Origin: Octopus sinensis
Taxonomy: Eukaryota
NCBI RefSeq assembly: GCF_006345805.1
Contig: NC_042998.1
Location: 78,058,001-78,122,000, forward strand
Direction: 5' to 3'
DNA: 64,000 bases
Shown here: positions 1-12,744 of the stretch, in pieces
Layout: each line of letters opens with the position of its first letter
Position numbering within the stretch: position 1 is the first letter of the stretch
Position numbers and translations under genes: made by a program
The notes under the pieces: model-generated
Databases searched by the model: none
What the model was told of the DNA's origin: nothing
The model's input: the letters and a program-made list of their open reading frames with translations, nothing else

Positions 1-20
1 TTTTTTTTAATTTCTGGAAA

Positions 21-22
<2 letters not shown>

Positions 23-89
<67 letters not shown>

Positions 90-92
90 AAA
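23..92. repeat. (GA)n/(GAAA)n microsatellite
   Basis: Direct inspection. Confidence 0.95.
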
Positions 93-849
93 GCAAAGCA
101 GAGGGAAATAGAGAAATTTCAGAACAATCAAGAAAGAAGAGAAAAAAATAATAATCAAGGATGAGGAAAGGAGAGATACATACAGGCATAGAGAGAGAGG
201 GGGGAGACAGAGAGAGAGACAGGCAGACAGACAGAGATAGAGGAAAGTTTTTTTCAGTTGGGTGTGGTGAATTTATTGAAATTTCATTGCAAAGTTATTA
301 TTCTTTTTGTCTTTTTCCATTGTATAAATATCTTGCAAACAACTTGCACATGCAAGTGCTACCAGTCAAAAACTCTGCATACTGGAAACCAGCAAGTGTA
401 TGGGGTCAACAGGAGAGAATGCGCGCCGTTTCGGGGCCTGCCTCTCGACGGCATCAATCCGATAGTGATATGAGGCCCCGCTTGCTAAATCAGGTGCTTA
501 TCAAATATTCTTCTAGCCATCGTTCATCGTCTCTTTTTAGCCAAACCCAGTGGGTAGCCTTTTCCACTGTAGTTTAGATATCGGTTACGGGGGTATTTAC
601 TTTACGATGAGTTGTTGAACGAATGTCGCAAATGAAGAAGGTATCAGGAGTTTCTAATATGCGTACTTATCATTGTTAACGGAAGCCTATTGCGAATACT
701 GCATAGATCTACATATTTTTCAGTGATTACACATAAGGTTTGAGTGTGTTGATCATCAGACACTATGAACACAGCTCGCGGGAAAGGGGAAATGGGTTTA
801 TAAGAGTATTTAGTTCTATATGAACTTTTATTCGGAATAAGAAGCTAAA

Positions 850-2095
850 GCAATAGCGAAAATTGAGATACCAAATAGTTTACAATAAGGGAAGGTCTTG
901 GCCAAGGTTGCACACTTTGCATTATACTTTTCAACGTGTACAGCAGGGGTTTCAGATACAAAACAGATTTTGGTGAGAATGGAGGTATCAATCTACCAGG
1001 ACAAGCAGTTAACAATCTGCGGTTGATCAAACCTTATTCGTGGAAATGAAGATAGTCTGAGAAGGATGCTAGAAAAGCTAAGATAAGGAACTGCAAAGGC
1101 TGAGTAGAAACTAATCTGACATTGGACACAGTGGATGCCAATTTTTTCTTTTTAATTTGGATGCAAGTTTGAAAGGAGAGGCAGGAAATAACTTGGAATG
1201 GCTTGTATGATAAATTACGGAAAATTGTGAAAAGCAATCGAATCTCAAAGAACTAGTGTAATATTGTAAAAATACCCGTTGCATCTCCCATAATGATGAA
1301 TGGGAGATGGGTAACCAAATAGGGTCCATGTAAAATGTAGTACTGGGAAACATTACTGAAATTATCATAGACGTGAAAGAAGCAAATAGATCACTACTAC
1401 AAATGAAATGACTTTATATTGGAAGTGTTGATTGTCAAAGATTTAAATTCTTTGGCCATTTGATGAGGGCAATGACCCCCCAAAATATTAGACTGTCCGG
1501 AAAGTTCGTGCCGATGTATAGTAGATTACCTTTCAACTTATTTTAGAACATCATTGAGTCCATGAAATAGGATTTTACTACACCTCCGTTTAGAGCAGAG
1601 CTTAAGCTATCTTTTCGTGGAAGAAGGTTTATGTTCCTATAACCTGTTAATTCCGTAACCCTTTAAAATAGAAGATAAGAAAGTTCATTTTCGGCACTTG
1701 ATGTTTTGAGAACCAAACAAAAATTGCTGAAGCTCGGCTTGTATGTTACCCCACCCTCCGTATTCACCAGATATTGCTCTTTCGAATTTCCACTTATTCA
1801 GGTCTCTGTAGAATAGTCTTAATGGTAAACATTTCAATTCCTTGGATGACATAAAAAGATACCTTGATGAATTCTTTGCCATGTCACCACCTCAATTCTG
1901 GGAAGAGCATATTTTCAAGTTAAAGGAAAGACGGAGACGCATTGTGCAACAAAATGGTTCATATTTGGTTGATTAAAAATGTAATGCGATGTATTTATTG
2001 ACCTTTTTCTTTCCTTTAAAAATCGGTACGAACTTTCTGGACAGCCCAATAGCATCATATTAAAAACAAAAGTTAAAGATTGAATATGAAGAGGA
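850..2095 (+). mobile_element. Decayed RTE-clade LINE fragment (RT to C-terminus), interrupted by a mariner
   Basis: Conceptual translation gives FTIREGLGQGCTLCIILFNVYS (GLRQGCxLSPxLFN), VNNLR, KFFGHLMR and, after the mariner, SIILKTKVKD..RG; many stops and frameshifts. Confidence 0.75.
1488..2049 (+). mobile_element. Internally deleted non-autonomous mariner
   Basis: About 28-bp TIRs (ttagactgtccggaaagttcgtgccgat / atcggtacgaactttctggacagcccaa), TA on both sides; residual EDKKVHFRHL joined to PHPPYSPDIA-SNFHLFRSL. Confidence 0.92.
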
Positions 2096-3029
2096 TGTTT
2101 GACCATTCTGGTTCAGCTACAAACATATATGAAAAATATGCACAACTGGAAATTAATTGTGAGATCATTACAACTTACAATATACACACAATATATATGT
2201 ATACATATATATATGCAACCAAGCACAAACGCGCGGGTGTATGTTGTATGAGATTTCTTGTGTGTACGTTTGCAGAAAAATAATCGTGAAGAAAGGACAT
2301 AATTTCTTTCGTATTGTAATTGAGTAAGTTAAAGCAAAGTACATTATTACAATCAAATCACGTCAGAATATATTATCTATTCAAAGTACATTATTATAGT
2401 CACGTCACATTTCTATTATTAGTTAGTATTTGTAATGTAAAACTGTAATGTCTTGCAGCTAGCCTTCAGTTAAGATACTGCATTGTATATCGCACAGATA
2501 TATAATATATCACACCTCGGTTACTCTCTAAATGAAATGCAAAGTTTTGTCCGTTTAATATTCAAAGAGAAGTAGACATATATATTTTTTCTCTGGCGTT
2601 TGGATTCAATAAAGAGACATTCTCATAATCAATCATCGATGGCTTAACATTCTAAATATAATATAAAGGTTTCTTTTCAGATATTTCATCTTGTATTTTC
2701 TTTTAATTTTTTCTTTTTTTTTCTTTTTGCATATTGGTATAGAATGTGAATAGTGCATCTTGGTTCTGAGTTCTTGTATATCGAAACGAGTATTCACTCA
2801 AAGAAAAATTTCTCATTGCGATCATCACGCATTTGTTGTTAGTGAAGCGTTATCATTTCTTTCTCCTATACAATGATGTACTTTGGATTGTATTTCGAAA
2901 CATTTTGTGCGTAGTAATATATTTTGGAATTGTTTATTTACAAAACAAAATAAATTGTGCATTTCCTCTTTCTGTCATATTTCGAAGCTAATGACTTGTC
3001 TGAGATATTTTTATCTAGTATACACAGAC

Positions 3030-3311
3030 ACACGCACGCGCTCCCGTGCACACACACACAAACATATACACATATAGGTTGATAGGTAAATAGAGAAATA
3101 TAATATGTATCTATATCTACATACACATATGTGTATATATATATATATATATCCTATATCAAAATACATACGTATGTGCGTGTGAGTGTGAGTGTGTGTG
3201 TACACATACATAGACAAATGACGTACGTATGTCTGGCTAGATGGTTGGATGTTTGACAATCGGGAAGGACGGATGGATGGATGGACGGAAGCTTGTATGT
3301 ATGCATTATAT

Positions 3312-3366
<55 letters not shown>

Positions 3367-3430
3367 GGCGGTGCATCAGCATGGCGCTGCTCTGAGCTGA
3401 AGCTTTAAAAAAGATATATATATACATACA

Positions 3431-3477
<47 letters not shown>

Positions 3478-3510
3478 TATATGCATACATATACATATAT
3501 ATATGCATAC

Positions 3511-3562
<52 letters not shown>
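3030..3562. repeat. Compound (CA)n/(TA)n/(GGAT)n microsatellite cluster containing a short CR1 3' tail at about 3365-3405
   Basis: Direct inspection; ggcggtgcatcagcatggcgctgctctgagctga resembles 29653-29690. Confidence 0.85.
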
Positions 3563-3564
<2 letters not shown>

Positions 3565-4227
3565 GCACCCAAGAGAGGACAGATATACGCTAGTGACAGA
3601 TAAATTTCAGCAAAGATATATACACACAGATAACGAAGAACATAAGAAGTATCATAGCTGAATGCACAGTCAATTAAAGTATTACGTCTCAAATGTCTTT
3701 ATCTCTTAATTGGTAAAATGTTAAAGGCTGCTAGAAGAGGCGGTGGAGATAAAAGACAAAGAAATGAAAAGGTCAGTGATACGCAATCTATCTTCCTCAC
3801 TCGGTTTTCATATCGCCGTTTATTTATCTTTATATCGCAATTCATAGATAATTGGTTGGGTGCGAGTTTTCAGTTTGCTTATATCACTGCCTCATTTTCG
3901 TTTTTGTTACGGCAAGAGTGACAAGAGACACTGTAACTCATTGTTAAACGAATGTCGCAAATGAAGAGCGTCTTTCAAAAAGAAGCGATCATCGGATTTC
4001 TCTCCATGTCCACATCTTTTTCCGATATACGTTGGCGGAAGATAGACATCACGCACGACATAAGCACGCAAACACACACGCATACATACACACACACACA
4101 ACTCTACGTAGTATATAAATCACATATACATTCACACAAACATAAAACAAAATCGATGGATAGGTGATTGTTAATAGCATGAAAGCAGATATAAACAAGA
4201 TCTTCAAATATGTCTATAAATAAAATT

Positions 4228-4580
4228 ATGATGTTCCGGGTTCAGTCCCACTGCGTGGCACCTTGGGCAAGTATCTTCTACCATAGTCTCGGGCCGACCA
4301 AAGCCTTGTGAGTGGATTTGGTGGGCGGATGCTAAAGGGGGCCCGTCGTATATATGTATATATATGTATGTGCGTGTATGTTTGTGTGTCTGTCTTTGTC
4401 CCCCTAGCATTGCTTGACAACCGATGCTGGTGTGTTTATGTCCCTGTTACTTAGCGGTTCGGCAAAAGAGATCGATAGAATAAGTACTGGGCTTACAAAA
4501 GAATAAGTCCCGGGGTCGAGTTGCTCGATTAAAGGCAGTGCTCCAGCATGGCCGCAGTCAAAATGACTTAAACAAGAAAA
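4228..4580 (+). mobile_element. tRNA-derived SINE, group 1 (CORE-like segment, CR1-type tail)
   Basis: B-box-like ggttcagtccc, accttgggcaagt segment, internal (TG)n, tail ggcagtgctccagcatggccgcag followed by an A-rich end; related copies at 25395 and 48455. Confidence 0.85.
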
Positions 4581-4924
4581 AAAAGAAGAAAGAAGAAAGA
4601 ATGTATATAAATATAATTAAGCTGAAATCTGTAAGATAGCTACCTATAGGGTTCTCCATAGATATGAAGATACATAAATTCACAGAGAAGTGAGAAAAAC
4701 GTTCAAAGTAGTCCTTCACAGCTGTCTCTGAGATTCTTTGCTCAATAGATGTAAGAGTGTGCATTGTGCTTATGTATATAGTACTAAATTAGTGTTAAGT
4801 AAATATGAAATAACACAAATTTAAGCTTTAGTTGTAATGTAATGTCACCAATCCCACCTTATGGGGAAAATCAATTCAACAACGAAGATACCCTTTATAT
4901 TAGAGGGTAATAATATATAGGCTG

Positions 4925-4969
<45 letters not shown>

Positions 4970-4971
<2 letters not shown>

Positions 4972-6478
4972 CTGGTGTTATACTTAGTATTTGTATTACT
5001 GTTTTCACTGCACTGCCGATTGCAGCTCTGTGTGCCTTGGGTATGCGCTGTGGTTTATTGTGGTGCTTCTATTTTCACTGTCTTGAAAGTGCTTTATGTA
5101 GGATGTGCTCGGTTCCTATAAGTGCTGTTTTCTGTATGTTATATACATTCATAAGTCCTGGAGTTTTGGTTGTGTATCTGTCTGAATGATTTTTAATCAT
5201 GCCTAACGCATCTATTATTACAGGGATCATTTCTGATTTTAGGTCTCACATTCGAGTTACCTCTGTTTCCAGAACTTTGTATTTTGAGAGTTTCTCGGTT
5301 TCTTTTATAGATACATTGTCATCTTTTGGTATTTATACAACACTTAGAAGGCATATTTTTCTTGATTATCTCTGAAAACTATATCCAGTCTATTAGCCTT
5401 GATTTCTCTATCTGTATGTATTAGCATACCCCAGATTATCGTTGCTTTCTCATTTTCTGAGACCTTTTCTGGGGTGTGCTTCATTTTTTTTTCTGTTTTC
5501 ATTCCATACCGTTGGCATAGCTTCTAGAGGTCTCAACACGTCGTGTGTATGTAGATATATTCCTTCTTAGCCAGAACTGTGCAGCCACAAACAGTATGGT
5601 TTATTATTTCTTCCCCATCACAAACTTTTCTCCAGTTACTTGCATACTTTTTCATTAGATGTTTGCGGTGATGTCTGGTGGGGAGGCTTTCAGGCTCTAC
5701 TTTGTGTCCTGAGTGTCTCACTCATTGTTGGCATTTTACTTTCTCTACTTATTGTCTTGTTAGTTTAGCCCAATATTTGTCACGTAAGGGCTTTTCTTGC
5801 CATTGTTTTATCATGATGCTTTGTTATTCCAGTTTTAGTTTGGATTTCACTTGTTTTACAGCGCTTGTTGTTCCTTCTTTTTCTTCATAGATGTCAGGTA
5901 TATGACCTCTTCCTTGTAATTTTCAACTTCCTTAAAGACAGAAAGCAGTTTTGTTTTGTTTTGCTCGTGTTTTGTGGCTATTTGTACCAGTTTTCCTTGC
6001 TTCTAAATTAAGTATTTCTGTATTCCTATGCTGGTTATTTCATAATAGTTTTCTAGCTGCATAAGGCCTCCACCACCTTCATTACGTTGTATATAGACCG
6101 TTTCTATGTCAGATTTTGGTTGGTGCATCCTAAATCCTGTTATTTTTATTGTTTTCCTCTCAAGTTTGATTAGTTTATTTAGACTCCAATAAAGAATATT
6201 GTAGCCGCAACTTATAACTGGGACGGCTAGAGTGTTGATACTTGTTATCTTGTTTTTCACATTGAGCACCCGTTTCCAGTATTAATTTAACTCGTCTATA
6301 ATAGTTATTTCTTATCTCCTCTGTTATCTGTGTGTCTTGTACTGTATCTATTTCATTGATCCCTGGGTATTTGTATGTCTGGCTTTGATGAAATTCTCTT
6401 TTTTCATTTGTTTTATCTAATGTGATAGTGTTACTCTTAACAAGTTTTCCTCTTTTCAAGGTTGTTTTGGCACATTTA
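4970..6478 (-). mobile_element. 5'-truncated R4/Dong-like LINE in (TAA)n
   Basis: ORFs 6175-6459 and 6003-6269 (INTLAVPVISC, RMHQPKSDIE, EGGGGLMQLE); homologous to 38818-41373; (ATT)n on both flanks. Confidence 0.88.
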
Positions 6479-6527
6479 TTATTGTTGTTGTTGTTATTAT
6501 AATCATTATCATTATTATTATTATCAC

Positions 6528-6575
<48 letters not shown>

Positions 6576-7994
6576 TTAAGGCTGCGAAACTTTAAGTCGC
6601 TATGATCTGAGTCAAGCTGTTTTAAATAATATATGTAACACCTACTAAATGTGTTGAGTGTTTTGTTTTTCTTTCGTCAGTTGACTCACTCATCTTTGAG
6701 TGTGTGTATGCACGTGCGCGCACGTGTGCATCCCAGCCACGATAGAGGAACAAAAAGTAAGGGTATACTCATGTACATACTAAACATACCTACACAGATA
6801 CATATACATAAGTATGTATATACATACATATACATGTGTGAAGCCTCTTTTCAATATATTACTGTTTCTTGTTCCGTCTTTTTTATCAAGAGTTTTACAT
6901 ATCTATAACAAATTACTTGGACCAATAAACGTCTCGCAGTTTTTAGATTCTCTTGCTCTCTTTCATCGTAGAATATTTGCTGAAGCCCATCTTTTACACC
7001 AAGACAAAACACGTAGCATTATAGCAACTAAACCGATATGATTAATGTTAACAACATCAGTGGAATTTGATTTTAACGATTATTTTAGATTTATATGTGA
7101 TGAATCAAATGATCGGCTTTCTTTGTTATTAATGTGTACGATATGATCAATTATTTTTGATTCATGTGTTATTTTATTGATCTTATTATTAGTTGTAATT
7201 TTAAGCAAGATAATGTATGATGTTTTCTTACTTAGTGTGCTTTTATGTTATGTGATATAGTGCACTGCAATTGCTCCTTGTCGAAAGTGGCAGACGATGT
7301 GATATAGTACATGCACGGAAAATATAAAGGTGAGTGGGGACGTGAAGTTCACAACTTCTAGGCTTATATTCAAAAATTGTAAATCAGATCAGCCATGAAT
7401 AGATTGTGCAAGAGTTTACAGGCTATTAATTCCAGCAGAAATATCAGCACCAATTACATTGACCGTGTCTGCTATAGTATCATTTGATCGCTTTGAAATG
7501 CTTTCAAAATCCATCTTAAATCCATGCTTGACTGACTATGGAAACTGCTGATTGTCGTTTAAAAGTCCTAAGAATTATTTTGCCGATTTCAACAAATACT
7601 AGACGACTGTATACTTCAATTTATGATCGCTTAGTACACATATATTGCCTTTCTTCAACCATCACCACCACCACCACTACTATTACTTTTCCCATTCCTT
7701 TTTTGCCGTTCTACCTTTCCTTTATCTTTTGATGTCCGACTACAAGCTATTATTCTTTTCCTTTTGTCTCTTCTACCTCTTCCTCGATTACTCCCACTTC
7801 CCCATTACCTGCTCTCCTCAGTTAACTGCCAATACTGATTTTAGATTTTGGCCATTCAAAGTATGTAAATGTTAAATTTGAAAGATTCAAAGAAACAGGA
7901 AAGATGAGGGATGAGAAATGAAAAGAAAGGAAAAGAAAAGAAAAAATGGTGAGCCGGTAAAGCACTGGAAGACGGAGAGGGAAGGGGTGATACA

Positions 7995-8400
7995 GTAATG
8001 AACGCGATGTCGTGGCCGCGGAGAATGGCCAGCAACATTCGTTGCTGCAGCCACTCCAACTCGCGAGGTGCATTTCTCCGTCAAGCCACCGTTATGCCTA
8101 TTTTCGGAGCAACTCAGTAGTACGGGGTCCTAAAGCACCTCACGTCTCAACGGCGAACGGCACAAACTGATATTGGCCGGCCAGGATCCTGTACACGTTG
8201 ATTTTTCTCTCCTCTGTATTGCGGGCGGCGAGACTAGGGTTTGCAGCACATGCTGCAAGGTTGCGGCCAGATGACATATCGCTGCACGTTGCACCCCCGA
8301 CTAGATATCTGCATCCCTTGAATGGGAAGTGGATTATCCCTGCGGATGAGCCCCGCTGGCTCAAGTTGAGACGGGAAGTCAGTCGCATTAAGGCCATTTT
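7995..8400 (-). mobile_element. CRE-like LINE C-terminal restriction-like endonuclease fragment
   Basis: ORF 8140-8397 GIIHFPFKGCRYLVGGATCSD...EERKINVY...YQFVPFAVET, followed by EWLQQRMLLAILRGH; resembles the RPDG..LVWDAT..D / K..KY / FVPFAVET.G pattern. Confidence 0.7.
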
Positions 8401-8502
8401 TTATTATGTCAGTCAGAGCAGCTTGTCAGGGGAATCGGCCCTCTCTTAAACCGCAGGATCGAAATGGTACAGTAGTAGAAATCTTTCTCTTCTCTATATC
8501 TT

Positions 8503-8574
<72 letters not shown>

Positions 8575-8739
8575 GCATACACACACACACACTCTTTTTA
8601 GTTTGTAGATGAAGCTCCGCAGCGACATTTGTACGGATCACACACACAGAGACCGAAGCGTTGAGCCATCCCGACACAGCTGCGCTCGTTTCGACACAAG
8701 TTCAGCAATTTCCTGTGAAGGGATAGTTCGATTACATAT

Positions 8740-8830
8740 GCTCAAATGCCACTTATTTTATCGACCCCGAAAGGATGAAAGGGGGGAATTTGAACTAGGC
8801 GGGTAAAGACGTACGAAATACTGCTAAGTG
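8740..8830 (-). mobile_element. Group 2 (Meta-domain-like) SINE fragment
   Basis: cttattttatcgaccccgaaaggatgaaagg matches the core of the other group 2 copies. Confidence 0.75.
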
Positions 8831-9108
8831 TTTAAGTGTTAACGAAAAAGAGTGAGAGGTGGGTTTTTTTCCCCCGTCTAGATTTTTGACAGACACTAAA
8901 ATGTGCTTTGAAATGATTTAGCCGCTACTTCAGAAAATATTGTTACACGATATTCGGTTGAAGCACGGAGGATGATGTATCATTGGATGTATTTATTTCG
9001 CAATTAAATTTTACTCATTTGTATTCGTTTCAGAAAACGACTTTCATCACATTGAATGGTATTTGCAATTAAGTTTATATATATATCTTTTTACACACAC
9101 ACACGCTT

Positions 9109-9146
<38 letters not shown>

Positions 9147-9369
9147 TGCGTGTGTGTGTGTGAGTACTCACAGATTTAAATGTTAGTGCGTGTTCATATG
9201 ATGTGTTTTTGTGAGCGCACGTATAATATATACACTGCAAGTATTATTCCAGAAAAGAAATGGACTGAGCCTTCTATTTCCAACAAAACGTTGTAATATA
9301 CACATACACTTTTACACTTACGGTAATAACCAAGGCAGAAAGAGCGAGAAAATATGAAGCAAGGTCTAG

Positions 9370-9417
9370 AAAAAGAAAGAAAGAAAGAAAGAGAGAAAGA
9401 AAGCAAAAAAGAAAGAG

Positions 9418-9472
<55 letters not shown>

Positions 9473-9480
9473 AAAGGAGG
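9370..9480. repeat. (GAAA)n microsatellite
   Basis: Direct inspection. Confidence 0.95.
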
Positions 9481-10179
9481 AACGAAAGAAAAAAGGAAGT
9501 AGAGAAAGCGGGAAGCGAGTAGGGGTATGTGGAGAAAAAAGAAAAGAAATAAAGAAATGTAATACTTTGAGTAGAAGGATGCATATTATCTTTTAGAAAC
9601 ATTTGTACAACGTGAATAATACGCAACTAATACGTTTAGTTTAAATATTTAACATTTCACGAAGTTATTCCTTATACCAATGTGAAATAGGAAACTATAA
9701 ACTCGATTACAATTTTACTGTTTTTAACGTATATTTATAATTTTCTCCTCTAATTTTTATTTCTTAAAGTTTTCTACTTAATATTTGTTGTTTCAATTAT
9801 ATTTGTGGTGGTGGTGGTGGTGATGGTGAAAATTACGCCTGTTTGCTTGTTATCTGTGTATGCCTTTGGTTTGTTTTCTTTTCGTTAGCTCACTTGTGAT
9901 TCACAGATAAAATTTGATCTTCAGATTGATAGACGAAACTTTAAATAAATTTAGCAGTTTGTTGGAAGCAATATATCAAAGGTCAACATAGTATACATAT
10001 CTGTGAATCTTTGTTAACCGAACTACGAAAAGGCCGATCTAAAAACTAAATAACCTTGCTCTCATGTCTTGTCCAAATAACTTTGTTTCTCAACTTAAAA
10101 TTAGTAGACGCTACAAGAAAAAAAAAGACAAAGCGAGAATGAAAAGTCATTTGTAACCGAAAATAATTTAAAGTTACTG

Positions 10180-11175
10180 TTTGGTGAATTGGCAGAATCG
10201 TTAGCGTATTAGCATTTCTTTACGTTCTGAGTTCAAATCCACCCGAGAACAACTTTACCTTTCGATGTCTATAAAATTAAGTCTAGTACTTGGTCAATGT
10301 AATCAACTTACGCACTTCCCCAAAATTACTAATCTAGTGCCAGAATCGAAACCACGCCGGGATGCTTAGCGGCATTTCGTCCGTCATTACAGTCTAGGTT
10401 CAAATTCTGCCGAGGGTGACTTTGCCTTTCATTTATTTTTCTTTTTGAGAAAATAAGTACCAGTTGAGCACTGGGGTCAATGCAATCGACTTAGACCCTC
10501 CTACGAAGTTGCTGGCCTTGAGCCAAAATTTAAAACTGTAATTATTACTATTACTATTGTAAGGCGGCGAGCTGGCAGAAACGTTAACCTAACAGCATTT
10601 CTTCCGCCTTTACGTTCTGAGTTCAAATTCCACCGAGGTCGGCTCTGCCTTTCATCCTTTCTTGGTCGAAAAAATAACTACCAGTTCAACAGTGAGGTCG
10701 ATGTAATTAACCAGCCCCTTCAACAAAATTTCATGCCATGTGCCTATACAAGGAAAGATTATTATTATTATTATTATTATTATCATTATTATTAAGGCGG
10801 CGAGCTGACAGAAACGTGAGCACGCCGGGTGAAATGCTTAGCGGTATTTCGTCTGTAGTTACGTTCAAATTCCGCCGAGGTCGACTTTGCCTTTCATCCT
10901 TTCGGTGTCGATTAAATAAGTACCAGTTACGCACTGGGGTCAATATAATCGACTTAATCCGTTTGTCTGTCCTTGTTTGTCGACTCAGTGTGTAGCCCCT
11001 TGTGGGTAGTAAAGAAATTGGTATCTCGTCTGCCGCTATGTTTGAGTTTAAATTCTGCCGAGGTCGACTTTGACTTCCATCCCTTCGTGTACAATAAAAT
11101 AAGTAGCACTTAAGCAACAGAGTCGATTAATCCCTCCCCCGAAATCGCTGACCTTGCGCCAAAATTTGAAACCAA
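10180..11175 (+). mobile_element. Head-to-tail cluster of about 5-6 group 2 SINE units (tRNA-like head plus Meta-like core)
   Basis: Repeated ggcgagctggcagaa...gagttcaaat...gactttgcctttcatcctttcggggtcgataaaataagtaccag units. Confidence 0.9.
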
Positions 11176-11903
11176 TAATTTCCATCTGAGGACGGCCACA
11201 GCCGCCGTGATCAAATACGGTTGCATACCATGGGTTTTCGCAGCCCTATTTTCTTGAACATAACTTCGATCACTGCAAACATAACCATATAAAGTAGTCT
11301 TCCAGTGAGTTCTGCTCACTTCGGACACGACACTGTCTGACTACTACGGGTGACATTTATTTTAACCACTATCGGAAGAAGGCAAAGCAACCACTCAGAC
11401 AAAGACTCGAAAACAATGCTTTTTAATCATTCTCTGAAGGGTCACAGTTTAGGACTTTCATATAAATCTTATGAATTTATTTTTTTTATATCATAATTAT
11501 GATTCATAATGATATTCATATTCATAATATATTTCTTATACTGTAATGAAACATGTGTAACATGAAGTTGTAATATACGAAACTTTTCTGTTTTTGTTTT
11601 AATACATACTTAATATGAAACTATGATTCACCAGGACATCAACATATATTTGATTACAGGAATGTATAGACGTGCTTCAAGAGGACACGGCTTGTATTAT
11701 AGCACCTTTTATACATACATGCATGCATGCTCATGCAGCTACCTCCATGAATATGAGAACATCCGTTAATCGTTCGAGAAAATTTGGAAATTCTGAATTA
11801 CACGTCAGTGAAATTGATATGATTATAATTACATTGAACACTTACCTCTCATGTGTTTCAAATAACATATGCGCACACGGATGTGTGTTTATGTATGAGT
11901 GTA

Positions 11904-11954
<51 letters not shown>

Positions 11955-12412
11955 GTACACACTGTGCATGTGTATATAACTGTGTGTTTGTTGAAAAGCT
12001 GCAGTTCTCATTTTCCCCGCCATACATAACGAGATTAATAACTAACAATAGATTAAATTATTAATTTCTTCTGCAGATGTCGCCCTCTAAGGTGATTGCA
12101 CAATCGTCTGTGTAATGATTAGCACTTGAAATACGCTCGTAGAAAATGTGTTAAATTCATGATGTAGTAAGTAAAATTTTGACCGAATATCCTGTTTTAA
12201 TTTGCCCTCGTATACACAGACATATTCACACACATACACGCAGATACACATAACGGAATGTTTCGAAAATCACTTCGTACAGTTAGATCAATTCCATTGC
12301 ATGAGATCCTCGTCTGTCATATTCTAGTATAGCATCAGATTGAAAAGTGCTTTGTGACCAAAATCGACTTGTCCAGCCGGACGCATGAATTGTACCTGCA
12401 ATTCAAAGATTC

Positions 12413-12648
12413 TTTTTTCTTTATTGCCTACAAGGGGCTAAACATAGAGGGGACAAACAAAGTCAGACAAACGGATTAGGTCGATTACATCGACCCCAGT
12501 GCGTAACTGGTACTTAATTTATCGACCCCGAAAGGATGAAAGACAAAGTCTACCCCGGCGGAATTTGAACTCAGAACGTAACGGCAGACGAAATAAGGCT
12601 ACGCATTTCGCCCGACGTGCAAACGTTTCAGCCAGCTCGCCACCTTCA
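12413..12648 (-). mobile_element. Full-length group 2 SINE with Tx1-type tail
   Basis: 16-bp TSD tgcaattcaaagattc at 12397-12412 and 12649-12664. Confidence 0.93.
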
Positions 12649-12744
12649 TGCAATTCAAAGATTCATCCCCAAATCGATCGGGTTTGAAAATTTTATTTAT
12701 ATAGACAGAAATATATAGAAACTACACACATATGTATTTATTTA

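Noticed and set aside
330-600. GC-richer segment with ORFs 161-577 and 258-473
   Set aside because: No recognisable domain, repeat family or splice structure.
10561-10640. tRNA-like A/B boxes in SINE heads
   Set aside because: They are followed by SINE core and tail, and no complete cloverleaf is evident; not tRNA genes.
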